Below are positions 21,614 through 30,950 of a DNA stretch of 64,000 nucleotides, in pieces; the first letter of the stretch is position 1; every line of letters begins with the position of its first letter. The DNA is from an uncultured Acidimicrobiaceae bacterium (GTDB lineage Bacteria; Actinomycetota; Acidimicrobiia; Acidimicrobiales; RAAP-2). A model generated the notes under the pieces. That model saw only the letters and a list, made by a program, of their open reading frames with translations, searched no databases and was not told the DNA's origin. The DNA lies in contig CAVURD010000035.1 in the NCBI GenBank assembly GCA_963743785.1, positions 4,508 through 68,507 of the forward strand, given 5' to 3'. Position numbers and translations under genes: made by a program.

Positions 21614-22195
21614 CTGTCGTTGCTCCTTTTGATGGCGTCGTTGACGTGGAGATCGATGAGGCGGCTGAGATGGCGGGTCCAACGATTGCCTCCGGGGTCA
21701 TTGCTCACCTGCGCCTCTATGAGGCCGGCAACCATCGACACCATGCAGTCGATGTCTCCTTGCTCGAGGACGCCCAGCCTCGTTCATCAGCTTGTAGGCG
21801 CGTCCCAACACCTCCTCGGCGAGCAGGTAGGAATCGGCCGAGGGCGTGAATCCCGGTACGTGACGCTCGAAGAGCAGTTCGCACCGCGCCGCGTCCCCCA
21901 CTGCGAAGGCAACGAACTCGGCCATGAACTTCTTCAGGGCGGCCCGTGCGTCACGGGGGAGCTTGACCGCATCGAGCCGCTCCAGCAGTTGCCGATTGCC
22001 GTCGGCGAACATGGCGTCGTAGAGCGCCATCTTCGATTCGAAGTAGGCGTAGAGCGACGGTTGGCGCATCCCGACCTCACGAGCAAGCGCATGCAGCGAC
22101 ACCCCCGCGATGCCGTGTTCCCGGGCCAGTGTCCACGCCGACTCGACGATCGTGGCCACCTTGGCCTCTCTGCGCTCCGCCACTCGATCTATCAC
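21610..22195 (-). pseudogene. TetR family transcriptional regulator, frame break near 21770-21780
   Basis: GTG start. IDRVAERREAKVATIVESAWTLAREHGIAGVSLHALAREVGMRQPSLYAYFESKMALYD forms the HTH. After ...AYKLMNEAG the homologous tail GVLEQGDIDCMVSMVAGLIEAQVSNDPGGNRWTRHLSRLIDLHVNDAIKRSNDR* is in another frame, consistent with an extra G in a GGG run. The stop overlaps the next gene's ATG. Confidence 0.8.
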
Positions 22196-22223
22196 TAATA
22201 GGTAGTTTACCTATTAGTGATAG
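22189..22223. promoter_or_regulatory. perfect 16+3+16 bp palindrome, candidate TetR operator
   Basis: CTATCACTAATAGGTA gtt TACCTATTAGTGATAG. It is AT-rich in a GC-rich genome and overlaps the GTG start (22195..22193) of the TetR gene that heads the TetR/DinB-like/MBL/ABM operon. Confidence 0.6.
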
Positions 22224-22300
22224 GAAGTCAAGGTGCAGTGACGGCCGTCGGCACCCGGGCCGCCTTGTCGGCCGGCACCACGGCTCCTCCCATCGACAGA

Positions 22301-22341
22301 ACGAACAACGACCCCGGGCGTGGCCCGGGGTCGTTGTTCGT
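22301..22341 (-). terminator. 18-bp perfect-stem hairpin downstream of nrdJ
   Basis: ACGAACAACGACCCCGGG cgtgg CCCGGGGTCGTTGTTCGT lies about 50 nt after the corrected nrdJ stop (22390). The downstream U-tract is weak, as is common in high-GC actinobacteria. Confidence 0.55.
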
Positions 22342-22389
22342 GACGACGAGAGACGGTTCTATCGCCGTCTCATACGCTGAGGACAGGAG

Positions 22390-25283
22390 CTACGAGCAGC
22401 CGCTCGTCGTCCCGCAGCTGCCGCAGACGTAGCAGGAGCCGGCCCGCTGCATGGCATTGCCGCAGCTGTAGCAGTAGGGGGCGTCTCGCTGCTCGGCCCG
22501 GGCCAGCGGTTGCCCGCCACTGACACCGTAGGTGGGCCCGGTCGAACCGCCGCCGCCGACGGCGCCGGCGATCGCGGTTCCCCCGCCCCGAAGGCGTCGT
22601 CCATCAAGCCGGCTGACGACGGCGTCGCCATCTCCTCGACTCCGGGCAGGGTGGGCTGCGTGCGCTCGGCCGTCGACAAGATGCCGAGCTCGGACCGCTC
22701 CTCGAGGGTGAGGTAGTCCAGGGCGATGCGGCGGAAGATGTAGTCGACCAGGCTGGTGGCGATGCGCAGCTCCGCGTCGTCGGTGATCCCGGCCGGCTCG
22801 AACTTCATGTTGGTGTACTTGCGCACGTAGGTGGCCAGTGGCACCTGGTGCTGCAGGCCGAGGCTCAGCGATATGGAGAAGGCATCCATGATGCCGGCCA
22901 AGGTCGAACCCTGCTTGGAGACGTTGATGAAGACTTCGCCGGGCCGCCCGTCCTCGTACTCGCCGACGGTCACGTAGCCCTCGCAATCGGCCACCCGGAA
23001 GGCGAACGTCTTGGAGTTGCGACGGCGGGGCAGACGCTCCCGCACGGCGCCGACGACCACCGACTCGGTCTTGCGCTGGCGCTCGTGCTCCAGCGCCGTC
23101 TCCAACTCGGCGATGCGGTCGGCGATGGCCCGGGCCCGGGCTTCGGCCTCCGATCCCGCCGGGGCCACGTCGCCACCGGCGGTAGCCGCTGTGCTCTCCA
23201 TCTTGGTGGTCGACAGCGGCTGGGCCACCTTGCAGTTGTCCCGGTAGATGGCGACCGCCTTGACGCCGAGGCGCCAGGCGTCGATGTGCAGCTGCTCGAC
23301 GTCCTCGACCGAGACATCCTCGGGCAGGTTGACCGTCTTGGAGATGGCGCCACTGATGAAGGGCTGCACCGCTCCCATCATGCGGATGTGGCCCGAGTAG
23401 TGGATGGTGTTGTCGCCCATGGAACAGGCGAACACGGCCAGGTGCTCGGGAACGACATGGGGTGCGCCGAGGATCGACATGTGCTCGTTGATGTACGCCA
23501 CGATCTCGTCGACCTGATCGTGGCCGTAGCCCAACTTCGTCAAGGCCCGCGGGATCGTCTGGTTGACGATCGACATGGTGCCCCCGCCGACCAGCTTCTT
23601 GGTCTTGACCAGTCCGAGGTCGGGCTCGACCCCGGTGGTGTCGCAGTCCATGAGCAGGCCTATGGTCCCCGTCGGCGCCAACACTGAGGCTTGCGAGTTG
23701 CGGACGCCGAACTCCTCGGCCAACTCCACCGCGTCGTCCCAGGACTGCTGGGCCGCCGACAGGAGCTCTGGGGGAACGACTTCCTCGTCGATGCGCGCCG
23801 CCTCGCCCTGGTGCATGCGCAGCACGTTGAGCATGGCATCGGCGTTGTCGTGGAAACCGGCGAAGGGTCCCATCCGTGCCGCCGTGCGGGCCGAGGTGGC
23901 ATAGGCGTGACCGGTGAGCAGGGCCGTGATGGCGGCCGCCCAGGCTCGCCCGGCGTCCGAGTCATAGGGCAGGCCCTGGGCCATGAGCAGCGCGCCCAGG
24001 TTGGCGTAGCCGATGCCCAACTCGCGGAAGGCCCGGGTCGTCTCGCCGATCTTCTCGGTGGGGTAGTCGGCGTTGCCGACCAGGATCTCCTGGGCGGTGA
24101 ACATGATCGCCACGCCCGCCTTGAAACCCTCCACGTCGAACTCGTCGTACTCATCGAGGAACGTGAGCAGGTTCATCGAGGCGAGATTGCAGGCTGAGTT
24201 GTCGAGGTGAACGTATTCGGAGCATGGGTTGCTTCCGTTGATCCGACCGGTCTCCGGGGCGGTGTGCCAGCGGTTGATGGTGGTGTCGTACTGCAGACCG
24301 GGGTCGGCGCACTCCCAGGCCGAGTGGGCGATCTGGCGGAAGAGGTCGCGGGCCGGCACCGTGCGCACGGCGGATCCGTCGATCCGCGCCGTGAGCTCCC
24401 AGTCGCGCCCGTCAATCACGGCTTCCATGAACTCGTCGGTGACCCGTACCGAGTTGTTGGCGTTCTGGTACTGCGTCGAGTGGCTGTCCGCTCCGTCCAG
24501 GTCCATGTCGAACCCGGCGTCACGCAGGACGCGCGCCTTGCGCTCCTCGATGGCCTTGCACCAGATGAAGTCCTCGACATCAGGGTGGTCGATGTCGAGG
24601 ATGACCATCTTGGCGGCGCGTCGTGTCTTGCCGCCGGACTTGATGGTCCCGGCCGAGGCGTCGGCCCCACGCATGAAGCTGACCGGACCCGACGCCGTGC
24701 CGCCGCCCTTGAGCAGCTCGTGCGACGAGCGGATCTTCGAGAGGTTGACGCCGGCGCCCGATCCGCCTTTGAAGATCACTCCTTCTTCGGTGTACCAGTT
24801 GAGGATGGAGTCCATCTGGTCCTCCACCGAGAGGATGAAGCACGCCGAGGCCTGTTGCGGCACGCCCGGCACCCCGATGTTGAACCAGACCGGGGAGTTG
24901 AAGGCGGCCCTCTGGTGGATGATCAGGAACTTCAGCTCGTGATTGAAGATCTGCGCCTCTTCGTCGTCGACGAAGTAGCCGTCCTTCAGTCCCCAGGCCG
25001 TGATCGTGTCGGCCACCCGGTCGGCCACCTGCCGGAGCGACCACTCGCGCTCGTCGGTGTTCAGCGTGCCCCGGAAGTACTTCTGCGAGAGGATGTTGGT
25101 GGCGTTGACGCTCCACGATTCGGGCACCTCGACCCCCAGCTGCTCGAAGGCCACGGTGCCGTCCCGGTAATTGGTGATGCGAGCGTCACGGCGCTCCCAA
25201 CGGACCTCGTCGTACGGGTGCACGCCTTCGGTGGTGAAATGCCGCCGAATACCGATCTCGGATCGCTGGGGTGCGATGGCCAT
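22390..25283 (-). pseudogene. nrdJ: class II (adenosylcobalamin-dependent) ribonucleotide reductase NrdJ, C-terminal frame break near 22585-22600
   Basis: ...NPCSEYVHLDNSACNLASMNL..., GGGTASGPVSFM and similar motifs. After ...MDDAFGAG the conserved Cys-rich tail APYCYSCGNAMQRAGSCYVCGSCGTTSGCS* is in another frame (ORF 22390..22986). The break lies in G4/G5 runs. The start is either ATG 25283 (RBS GAGGAGGG upstream) or ATG 25319. Confidence 0.9.
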
Positions 25284-25457
25284 AACGCTGGGGCCCTCCT
25301 CGTAGATGTGATTGTTCATTCGATGTGTTCCGTGAGGCCGGTGGTGCCGTGAAGCCGGTGAGTCCTGATGCCGGCCGCAGCGCCCCTCCCGCCTGGGGAA
25401 TGACGTCTCCGGCGCATATGTCCCTCCTGCGCCCGGAAAGCACTGAAGCCAGCTTAA

Positions 25458-25473
25458 CCACAATATGTAGTGG
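25458..25473. promoter_or_regulatory. NrdR-box-like palindrome upstream of nrdJ
   Basis: CCACAATATGTAGTGG matches 13 of 16 positions of the NrdR box consensus acaCwAtATaTwGtgt as I recall it. It lies in the nrdJ/glpK divergent region. Confidence 0.5.
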
Positions 25474-25489
25474 CTGACCCTCCCCACGC

Positions 25490-25505
25490 ACGCGAGATGC
25501 TGTGT
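25490..25505. promoter_or_regulatory. possible second, degenerate NrdR box
   Basis: ACGCGAGATGCTGTGT matches 11 of 16 consensus positions. Its centre is 32 bp from the first box, the usual tandem-box spacing. Confidence 0.3.
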
Positions 25506-25648
25506 CATTACAGCACTGTAGTTACAACTTGTCAACCACTTTCTCCCTCCATCCGTCCTGGTCACGGGCCGCTCGCGATGGTTTGCGCGCCGGGTTCGCC
25601 AACTGGCCTCCGGAGGGACTGATTTTCGGGGTGAGTAGCGTCCTTCGC

Positions 25649-27181
25649 ATGGGCAAATTGGTGGCTATCGATGCCGGCACCACCGGGGTCCGCGCCGTGG
25701 TGGTCGACGACCGGGCCCGGGTGGTGGACGTGGCCTACCGGGAGATCGCCCAGCACTTCCCCCGGCCCGGCTGGGTCGAACACGACCCCATCGAGATATG
25801 GCGGGCCGTCGAGGCCACGTTGGCCGAAGTGGGACACCGACTGGCCGAGGCGGGTGACACCGTGGCCGCCATCGGGATCACGAACCAACGCGAGACCCTG
25901 GTGGCGTTCGACCGAAGCAACGGTGAGCCGCTCCATCGAGCCATCGTCTGGCAGGACCGGCGGACGGCCGCCCTGTGCGCCGAGTTCGAGGCGGCTGGTC
26001 ATCTCCCCCTGGTCCGCCGCACCGCCGGGCTCGTGCTGGATCCGTATTTCACGGCCACCAAGATCACCTATCTCCTCCGTGAGGGCGACCTCGCGCTGGG
26101 ACCCCGATCCCCCGCCCTCTCCTTCGGCACGGTCGACAGTTGGGTGCTGTGGAACTTGACCGGGGGAACCCGTGGCGGCATCTTCGCCACCGATCCCTCC
26201 AACGCCAGCCGCACCATGCTGCTCGATACCGGCACCCTCGCCTGGTCCGACGAGCTTTGTTCTCTGTTCGATGTTCCTCGGCACACCTTGCCCGAGGTGA
26301 AGCCCTCGGCCGGGCGTTTCGGCCTCAGCACCCTTCGCGGTCTCGGCCCGGCCAGCACCGTGCTCGACGGTGTCCCGGTCTCAGGCGTGTTGGGCGACCA
26401 GCAGGCGGCCCTGTTCGGGCAGGCCTGTTTCGACCCGGGCATGGTCAAGGTGACCTACGGCACCGGCAGCTTCGTATTGGCCAATGCCGGGCCCGAGCGC
26501 CCGGCCGCACCCGATGGCCTCACCGTCAGCGTGGCCTGGGACCTGGGGGGTTTCGCCGGTTCCAGCAACACCCGGACGTACGCACTCGAAGGCTCGACCT
26601 TCGTGTCGGGCGCCGCCATCCAGTGGCTGCGCGACGGCCTGGGCCTGATCGACCGGGCCGCGGACATCGGGCCGCTGGCCGAGTCGGTGGGTGACAGCGG
26701 CGGGGTCACGTTCGTCCCCGCCCTGACCGGACTGGGCAGCCCGTGGTGGGACCCGGCGGCCCGGGGCATCATGACCGGCATCACCCGGGGGGCCGGCCGG
26801 GCCCAGATCGCGCGGGCCTGCGTCGAGGCCATCGCCTTCCAGGTCCGGGACATGACCGATGCCATGAGGGCCGCCTCGGCCTACCCCCTCGTGGCGCTCC
26901 GGGCCGACGGGGGCGCAGCCGCCATGGAACTCCTGCTCCAGCTCCAGGCCGAACAGAGCCGTATGCCGGTGGCCCGCCCGCCCTCGCTGGAATCGACCGC
27001 GCTGGGAGCGGCCACGTTGGCCGGCCTGGCCGAAGGCATGTGGGATTCGCTCGACGAGCTGGCCGAGCTGTGGAACTCATCGGCCCGGTTCGAGCCCGAG
27101 CTCCCGGTTGAACTCACCGATGCCGTGTACGCCGTCTGGCGGCGGGCCGTCGACCGCGCCCGGGGTTGGGCGGAAGTATGA
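25649..27181 (+). CDS. glpK: glycerol kinase
   Basis: MGKLVAIDAGTTGVRAVVVD...GWVEHDPIEIW...ITNQRETLVAFD...AIVWQDRRTA...DPYFTATKITYLL matches FGGY-family GlpK signatures. Confidence 0.95.
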   Translation: MGKLVAIDAGTTGVRAVVVDDRARVVDVAYREIAQHFPRPGWVEHDPIEIWRAVEATLAEVGHRLAEAGDTVAAIGITNQRETLVAFDRSNGEPLHRAIVWQDRRTAALCAEFEAAGHLPLVRRTAGLVLDPYFTATKITYLLREGDLALGPRSPALSFGTVDSWVLWNLTGGTRGGIFATDPSNASRTMLLDTGTLAWSDELCSLFDVPRHTLPEVKPSAGRFGLSTLRGLGPASTVLDGVPVSGVLGDQQAALFGQACFDPGMVKVTYGTGSFVLANAGPERPAAPDGLTVSVAWDLGGFAGSSNTRTYALEGSTFVSGAAIQWLRDGLGLIDRAADIGPLAESVGDSGGVTFVPALTGLGSPWWDPAARGIMTGITRGAGRAQIARACVEAIAFQVRDMTDAMRAASAYPLVALRADGGAAAMELLLQLQAEQSRMPVARPPSLESTALGAATLAGLAEGMWDSLDELAELWNSSARFEPELPVELTDAVYAVWRRAVDRARGWAEV

Positions 27182-27221
27182 GCGGTGAAAGCTCGGCATG
27201 TCGGAATGTGGAACGCGTGGC

Positions 27222-27515
27222 TCACCTTTCGTGGTGCGATTCGTCGACCACGCGTTCACTTTCGGGCGTGTCCCAGTCGTCCAGTCCGAGCTTTCGGCGC
27301 CGGAACTTCTCGGGATCCTCGTGGATGAGGTGCCACCATCCGGCCAGGGCGACGCACCCAAGGATGGGCCATTCAAACGTGTAGAACCAGCTGAGGAAGT
27401 TGCCCTCGAGAGCCCTCGTGGCCTGCCACCAGGCCAGCCCGATGCAGGCGGCGACGAGAACTCCGAACTCGACGTGGAGGGTGAATGCCCTACGTGAGAA
27501 CCAGCGCTGATGCAC
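27222..27515 (-). CDS. small two-helix membrane protein, unknown function
   Basis: The 97-aa ORF has two clear hydrophobic helices (VEFGVLVAACIGLAWW; WPILGCVALAGWWHLI) and a charged tail. Confidence 0.6.
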   Translation of the reverse strand: MHQRWFSRRAFTLHVEFGVLVAACIGLAWWQATRALEGNFLSWFYTFEWPILGCVALAGWWHLIHEDPEKFRRRKLGLDDWDTPESERVVDESHHER

Positions 27516-27884
27516 GATGCCAGTGTACGTACCGGCCTTCCCCGCTGCCGGGCCGGCCGGCGCGCATCAGGGGCGCACGCGGGTGCCGCGCTCCTGCACT
27601 TCGACGCGGCGCATGCGGTGCTCCCGGGCCGTCAGGACGAGCAGCGGCACTGCCGCGATGCTGACGGTCAGGATCATGAGGGGGATGGCGATGAAGAGGA
27701 ACATCATGGGCTCATGGGCACGGAGGGTCGGGGCGGTCCTGTGCCTTCTCCTTTGCATCACGGTACATGTGGAATCGTGGACCTCCCTGTGGATCTTCGT
27801 AGAGGCCGGTGGGAACGGCACGGTCCCGCAAAGGGAGTTGATGGCGCCGGTCTGACGCGTTCATCGACCGGTAGTGTCCTGCCC

Positions 27885-28526
27885 ATGGGGACCGGGGGCG
27901 TACCCAAGGGAGCCGAACCTTCGGAGAGCGCCAGGCGCGGCCGATCGGGGTCGTCTGATCGGATCTTCCAGGTGATCGCCGTGCTGGGTGGACTCTGCCT
28001 GATCGGTTTCATCGTCTTCGTCGCCCTGCGCGCCCCGGCCAAGAGCACGCGGACCCTCGGGATCGCCTCGCTGGAAGCTCCCCCGCCCGCCGTCCTCCAT
28101 GCCGGCTCGTCCGCGCCGGCCTTTTCCCTGCCCCGCCTCGGCGGCGGCGCCGCGTTGACGCTGAGCTCCTTCTTGGGCACGCCGGTGATCGTCAACTTCT
28201 TTGCCTCGTGGTGCCCGCACTGCCGGTCCGAATTGGCAGCCATAGGGACGGTGGCCGCCCGCAACGCCGGTGGGGTGGCCGTGGTCGGGGTCGATTCCAA
28301 CGACGGAACGGGCACGCCGGCGCAGAAGCTGTTGCTCGCCGCCCACGCCAGCTACCCGGTCGGGATCGACACGAGCGCGCAGGTGGCCGCCAAGTACCTC
28401 CTCGTGGCTCTGCCCGTCACCTACTTCATCGATGCCCGGGGTCGTGTCGTAGGCTCCGCGTTCGGGTCCCAGACCGTCACGTCGCTTCAGCGCTGGGTGA
28501 ATCGTCTCACCCGCCAGGCTCCATGA
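27885..28526 (+). CDS. TlpA/ResA-family thiol:disulfide oxidoreductase (membrane-anchored redoxin)
   Basis: The N-terminal anchor IFQVIAVLGGLCLIGFIVFVAL is followed by a thioredoxin fold with VIVNFFASWCPHCRSE. Confidence 0.85.
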   Translation: MGTGGVPKGAEPSESARRGRSGSSDRIFQVIAVLGGLCLIGFIVFVALRAPAKSTRTLGIASLEAPPPAVLHAGSSAPAFSLPRLGGGAALTLSSFLGTPVIVNFFASWCPHCRSELAAIGTVAARNAGGVAVVGVDSNDGTGTPAQKLLLAAHASYPVGIDTSAQVAAKYLLVALPVTYFIDARGRVVGSAFGSQTVTSLQRWVNRLTRQAP

Positions 28527-30034
28527 GGACGGGGGTGGAGCACTCGGGGTCGGGGACCGATGACCACTCCGAGCGCACGACCGGGCCGGTCGTTGACCGG
28601 GCCGCCGCGTTCGGCGACACTTCGCCCCCTGTCCCCCGCACGTTCTTCTACTGGCTCCTGGGTGCTGCCGCCGTACTCGGCCTCGGCGGTCTGCTCCTGG
28701 AGCACGTCGTCTCGTCGAACGGGCTCAACCCGGTGCCGCAGAAGAACGAGGTGACCGTAACGACCCAGGTTCCCTCAGCCGCCCCGGTCCCCGCCGGCCA
28801 GCGGGCCCCGCTCGGCGCGTCGCTCACCTCGTTCATGGGTCTGGCCACCCTGCGGCCCACCCCGGCCCCTTCGTTCACCCTGGTCGATCAGGCTGGTCAG
28901 GCAACCGCACTGGCCGATGAGACGGGCAAGGTCGTCGTGCTCACCTTCTTCAACGGACGCTGTAATGACATCTGTCCGGTGTTGGCGGCCGAGATCCGTG
29001 GGGCCGACGCCGACCTCGGGACCAACGCGGCCAAGGTGATGTTCCTCACCGTCAACACGGACCCTTCGGCCCTGGCCGTCTCTGGGCTCTCGAGCGCCGT
29101 GGCCCAGCCGGGAATGAGCGCACTGTCGAACTGGCGCATGCTCACCGGACCGCTGGTCACGATGAACGCGACGTGGAAGGCCTACGGTGTCGCCATCTCG
29201 GTGGCGACACCGACCGGCGCTGAAGCCCACAACGACGTCGTCTACTTCATCGACCCGCAGGGACGGGAGCGCTACCGTGCCACTCCCGTCGACGACGAGA
29301 GCCGCAATGGGACCTCCTCGCTGCCGTCGGCGGATATTGCCCGGTGGGCGTCGGGCCTCGCCACCTACGCCGGCAAACTGACGACTGCCGACGACGCCGA
29401 CGACGCCATGAACGGACAGCCGGACACTCCCCGCTCAGGACCGCCGTGGTACCGGCGACGGGCCGCGCTGGTCGGCGCGGCAGTGGCCGTCGTCTTGGCC
29501 ATCACCATCATCTCGGACCTTCCGGTGCACACCTCCCGGGCCGCCGACATCTCGAGCGAGAAGGGCGTCCTCTCGGAGCTCAACACCGACTTGGCGCCGT
29601 GTGCCCTGGCCGTGCACGAAGCGCTGACCATCTGGGGGGAACAGACCACGCATTCGCTGACGGCCGCGGACCGGGCCGAGTCGGCCTCTCTCCTGCGTGA
29701 CGACCAGAATGCCTGCTCCTTCACCAACCAGGCCATCTACGACCTCTCTAACATCGAGGTTCCCGGCTCGACCGCCGGCAAGGACATGGGAGACCTCGTG
29801 GCCACCTCGGTGCTGTGGACCACCTCCGACGCCCTCAAGGCCATTGAGGCGGTTCAAGCCCTCATGCTCAACGGGCAGGCCGTACCCGCCCGGGCCAGCC
29901 TGGACCAGGCCGAGCGGGCGCTGGCCACCGATCGAAACGCGGGACTGGCCGAGTTGGCCCGGGCCAACCATGTGCTCGACACTCAGTTGCCCCGCCCGGA
30001 CATGCCGCCAATGCCCACGCCGCCGAGCAACTAA
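28523..30034 (+). CDS. SCO1/SenC-family copper chaperone fused in-frame to a second TM segment and a domain of unknown function
   Basis: ATGA overlap with the TlpA gene. After TM1 (FFYWLLGAAAVLGLGGLLL) comes a Sco domain with VVVLTFFNGRCNDICP (CxxxCP) and AHNDVVYFIDPQGRER. This is followed by MNGQPDTPRSGPPWYRRRAALVGAAVAVVLAITIISDL and a roughly 190-aa helical, 2-Cys domain. Confidence 0.8.
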   Translation: MRTGVEHSGSGTDDHSERTTGPVVDRAAAFGDTSPPVPRTFFYWLLGAAAVLGLGGLLLEHVVSSNGLNPVPQKNEVTVTTQVPSAAPVPAGQRAPLGASLTSFMGLATLRPTPAPSFTLVDQAGQATALADETGKVVVLTFFNGRCNDICPVLAAEIRGADADLGTNAAKVMFLTVNTDPSALAVSGLSSAVAQPGMSALSNWRMLTGPLVTMNATWKAYGVAISVATPTGAEAHNDVVYFIDPQGRERYRATPVDDESRNGTSSLPSADIARWASGLATYAGKLTTADDADDAMNGQPDTPRSGPPWYRRRAALVGAAVAVVLAITIISDLPVHTSRAADISSEKGVLSELNTDLAPCALAVHEALTIWGEQTTHSLTAADRAESASLLRDDQNACSFTNQAIYDLSNIEVPGSTAGKDMGDLVATSVLWTTSDALKAIEAVQALMLNGQAVPARASLDQAERALATDRNAGLAELARANHVLDTQLPRPDMPPMPTPPSN

Positions 30035-30825
30035 GCACCGACGGCACCGTCCCCGGGGCGCTCGGCGGCCCGCCGCTCGATGATGGCCGTGGCACCACGG
30101 CGCTGTTCACGAAGGAGGCGGCGGAGCTCGTCGTCGGGGTTCTGCTCGCCGTGCAGCCACTGCATGGCGTCCACGAAAATGATGGGCACAAAGACCACCG
30201 TGGCCATGAACCACAAGATGACGGCGGCCACCTGTTGGTCCGCCGCCTGGCTGAGGCCTTGCCCCGCCACGTGGTGGAAAGTCGGGTACCAGCCGGAGTG
30301 GGACATCGCGACCAGATAGGCCTCGATCCACACCAGCCACATCGCAGCTGTTCCCAGGACCACGCTCCGCAGACCGCCGACGCGCGGGGCCAGGGGTGGG
30401 GACTCGGCCAATTCCAGCCAGAGGCCGATGCCGCCGGCAATGAGCGTCACCGCTTCGATCACCCTGAGCCAGGGGTGGCTCCATGTCGCGCGGACCGACA
30501 TCGGGGTGAACCACCACACCACCACCAGTCCATAGACCAGCACGAAGCCCACCGACCGCCACAGTTCGGGATGCCGCCGCCGCCGTTGCGCCAGGGTCTC
30601 GGCCCAGGCGGCGTGGCGCCAGGGAGCGCCCACGACGACCAGCGTGGGCACCACCATCGCCCACAGGCCATAGCGGAGGACCTGCCCCAGTTCGTAGCGG
30701 TGGGCCAGCGAAGAAACCGGTGGCAGGAACGTCAGGAGGCAGACGAGCGCAGCCCCCAGGAGGCTCCACCGGCGTATCGGGAGAGTGGCTGCGCCAGAGC
30801 GTTCGGGGGCGACCCCCGCCTTCAC
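30031..30825 (-). CDS. cytochrome c oxidase assembly protein, CtaG (Caa3_CtaG) family, copy 1
   Basis: The 264-aa polytopic protein is Trp/His-rich (PWRHAAW, WWFTPMS, SHSGWYPTFHH, QQVAAVILWF), typical of Caa3-type CtaG. It lies directly downstream of ctaE. Confidence 0.85.
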   Translation of the reverse strand: MKAGVAPERSGAATLPIRRWSLLGAALVCLLTFLPPVSSLAHRYELGQVLRYGLWAMVVPTLVVVGAPWRHAAWAETLAQRRRRHPELWRSVGFVLVYGLVVVWWFTPMSVRATWSHPWLRVIEAVTLIAGGIGLWLELAESPPLAPRVGGLRSVVLGTAAMWLVWIEAYLVAMSHSGWYPTFHHVAGQGLSQAADQQVAAVILWFMATVVFVPIIFVDAMQWLHGEQNPDDELRRLLREQRRGATAIIERRAAERPGDGAVGA

Positions 30826-30935
30826 CGGGTCGAACGGCGCTGGAAGAAGCCCCAGAGGAGGACCACCGCGAAGAAGCCCAGCGGTATGGCGAAGGTGAGG
30901 GCCTGGGTCGCGGCGATATCCGATGCGGCCATCAT
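30822..30935 (-). CDS. possible 37-aa single-helix membrane peptide between ctaE and ctaG
   Basis: It is below the size cut-off of the ORF track. Strong RBS GGAGGTGA is followed by ATGATG. MMAASDIAATQALTFAIPLGFFAVVLLWGFFQRRSTR* has its stop overlapping the GTG start of ctaG (GTGA). Confidence 0.35.
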   Translation of the reverse strand: MMAASDIAATQALTFAIPLGFFAVVLLWGFFQRRSTR

Positions 30936-30950
30936 CGTGGGGTCACCTCC

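Noticed and set aside
25284-25648. Cobalamin riboswitch or other structured leader upstream of nrdJ.
   Set aside because: I found no B12-box-like sequence. In actinobacteria the B12 riboswitch is associated with class I nrdAB rather than nrdJ. Only the NrdR-box-like palindromes stand out.
27567-27821. The 84-aa ORF, or a shorter 46-aa version MMFLFIAIPLMILTVSIAAVPLLVLTAREH..., as a small membrane protein.
   Set aside because: It has one plausible hydrophobic helix, but there is no RBS, no recognisable family and an ambiguous start. The support is too weak to list it as a feature.
30031-30034. Overlapping convergent stop codons of the Sco-fusion gene (+) and ctaG copy 1 (-).
   Set aside because: The overlap is real in the sequence. 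It is a common consequence of tight packing and I see no functional implication beyond the absence of an intergenic terminator.
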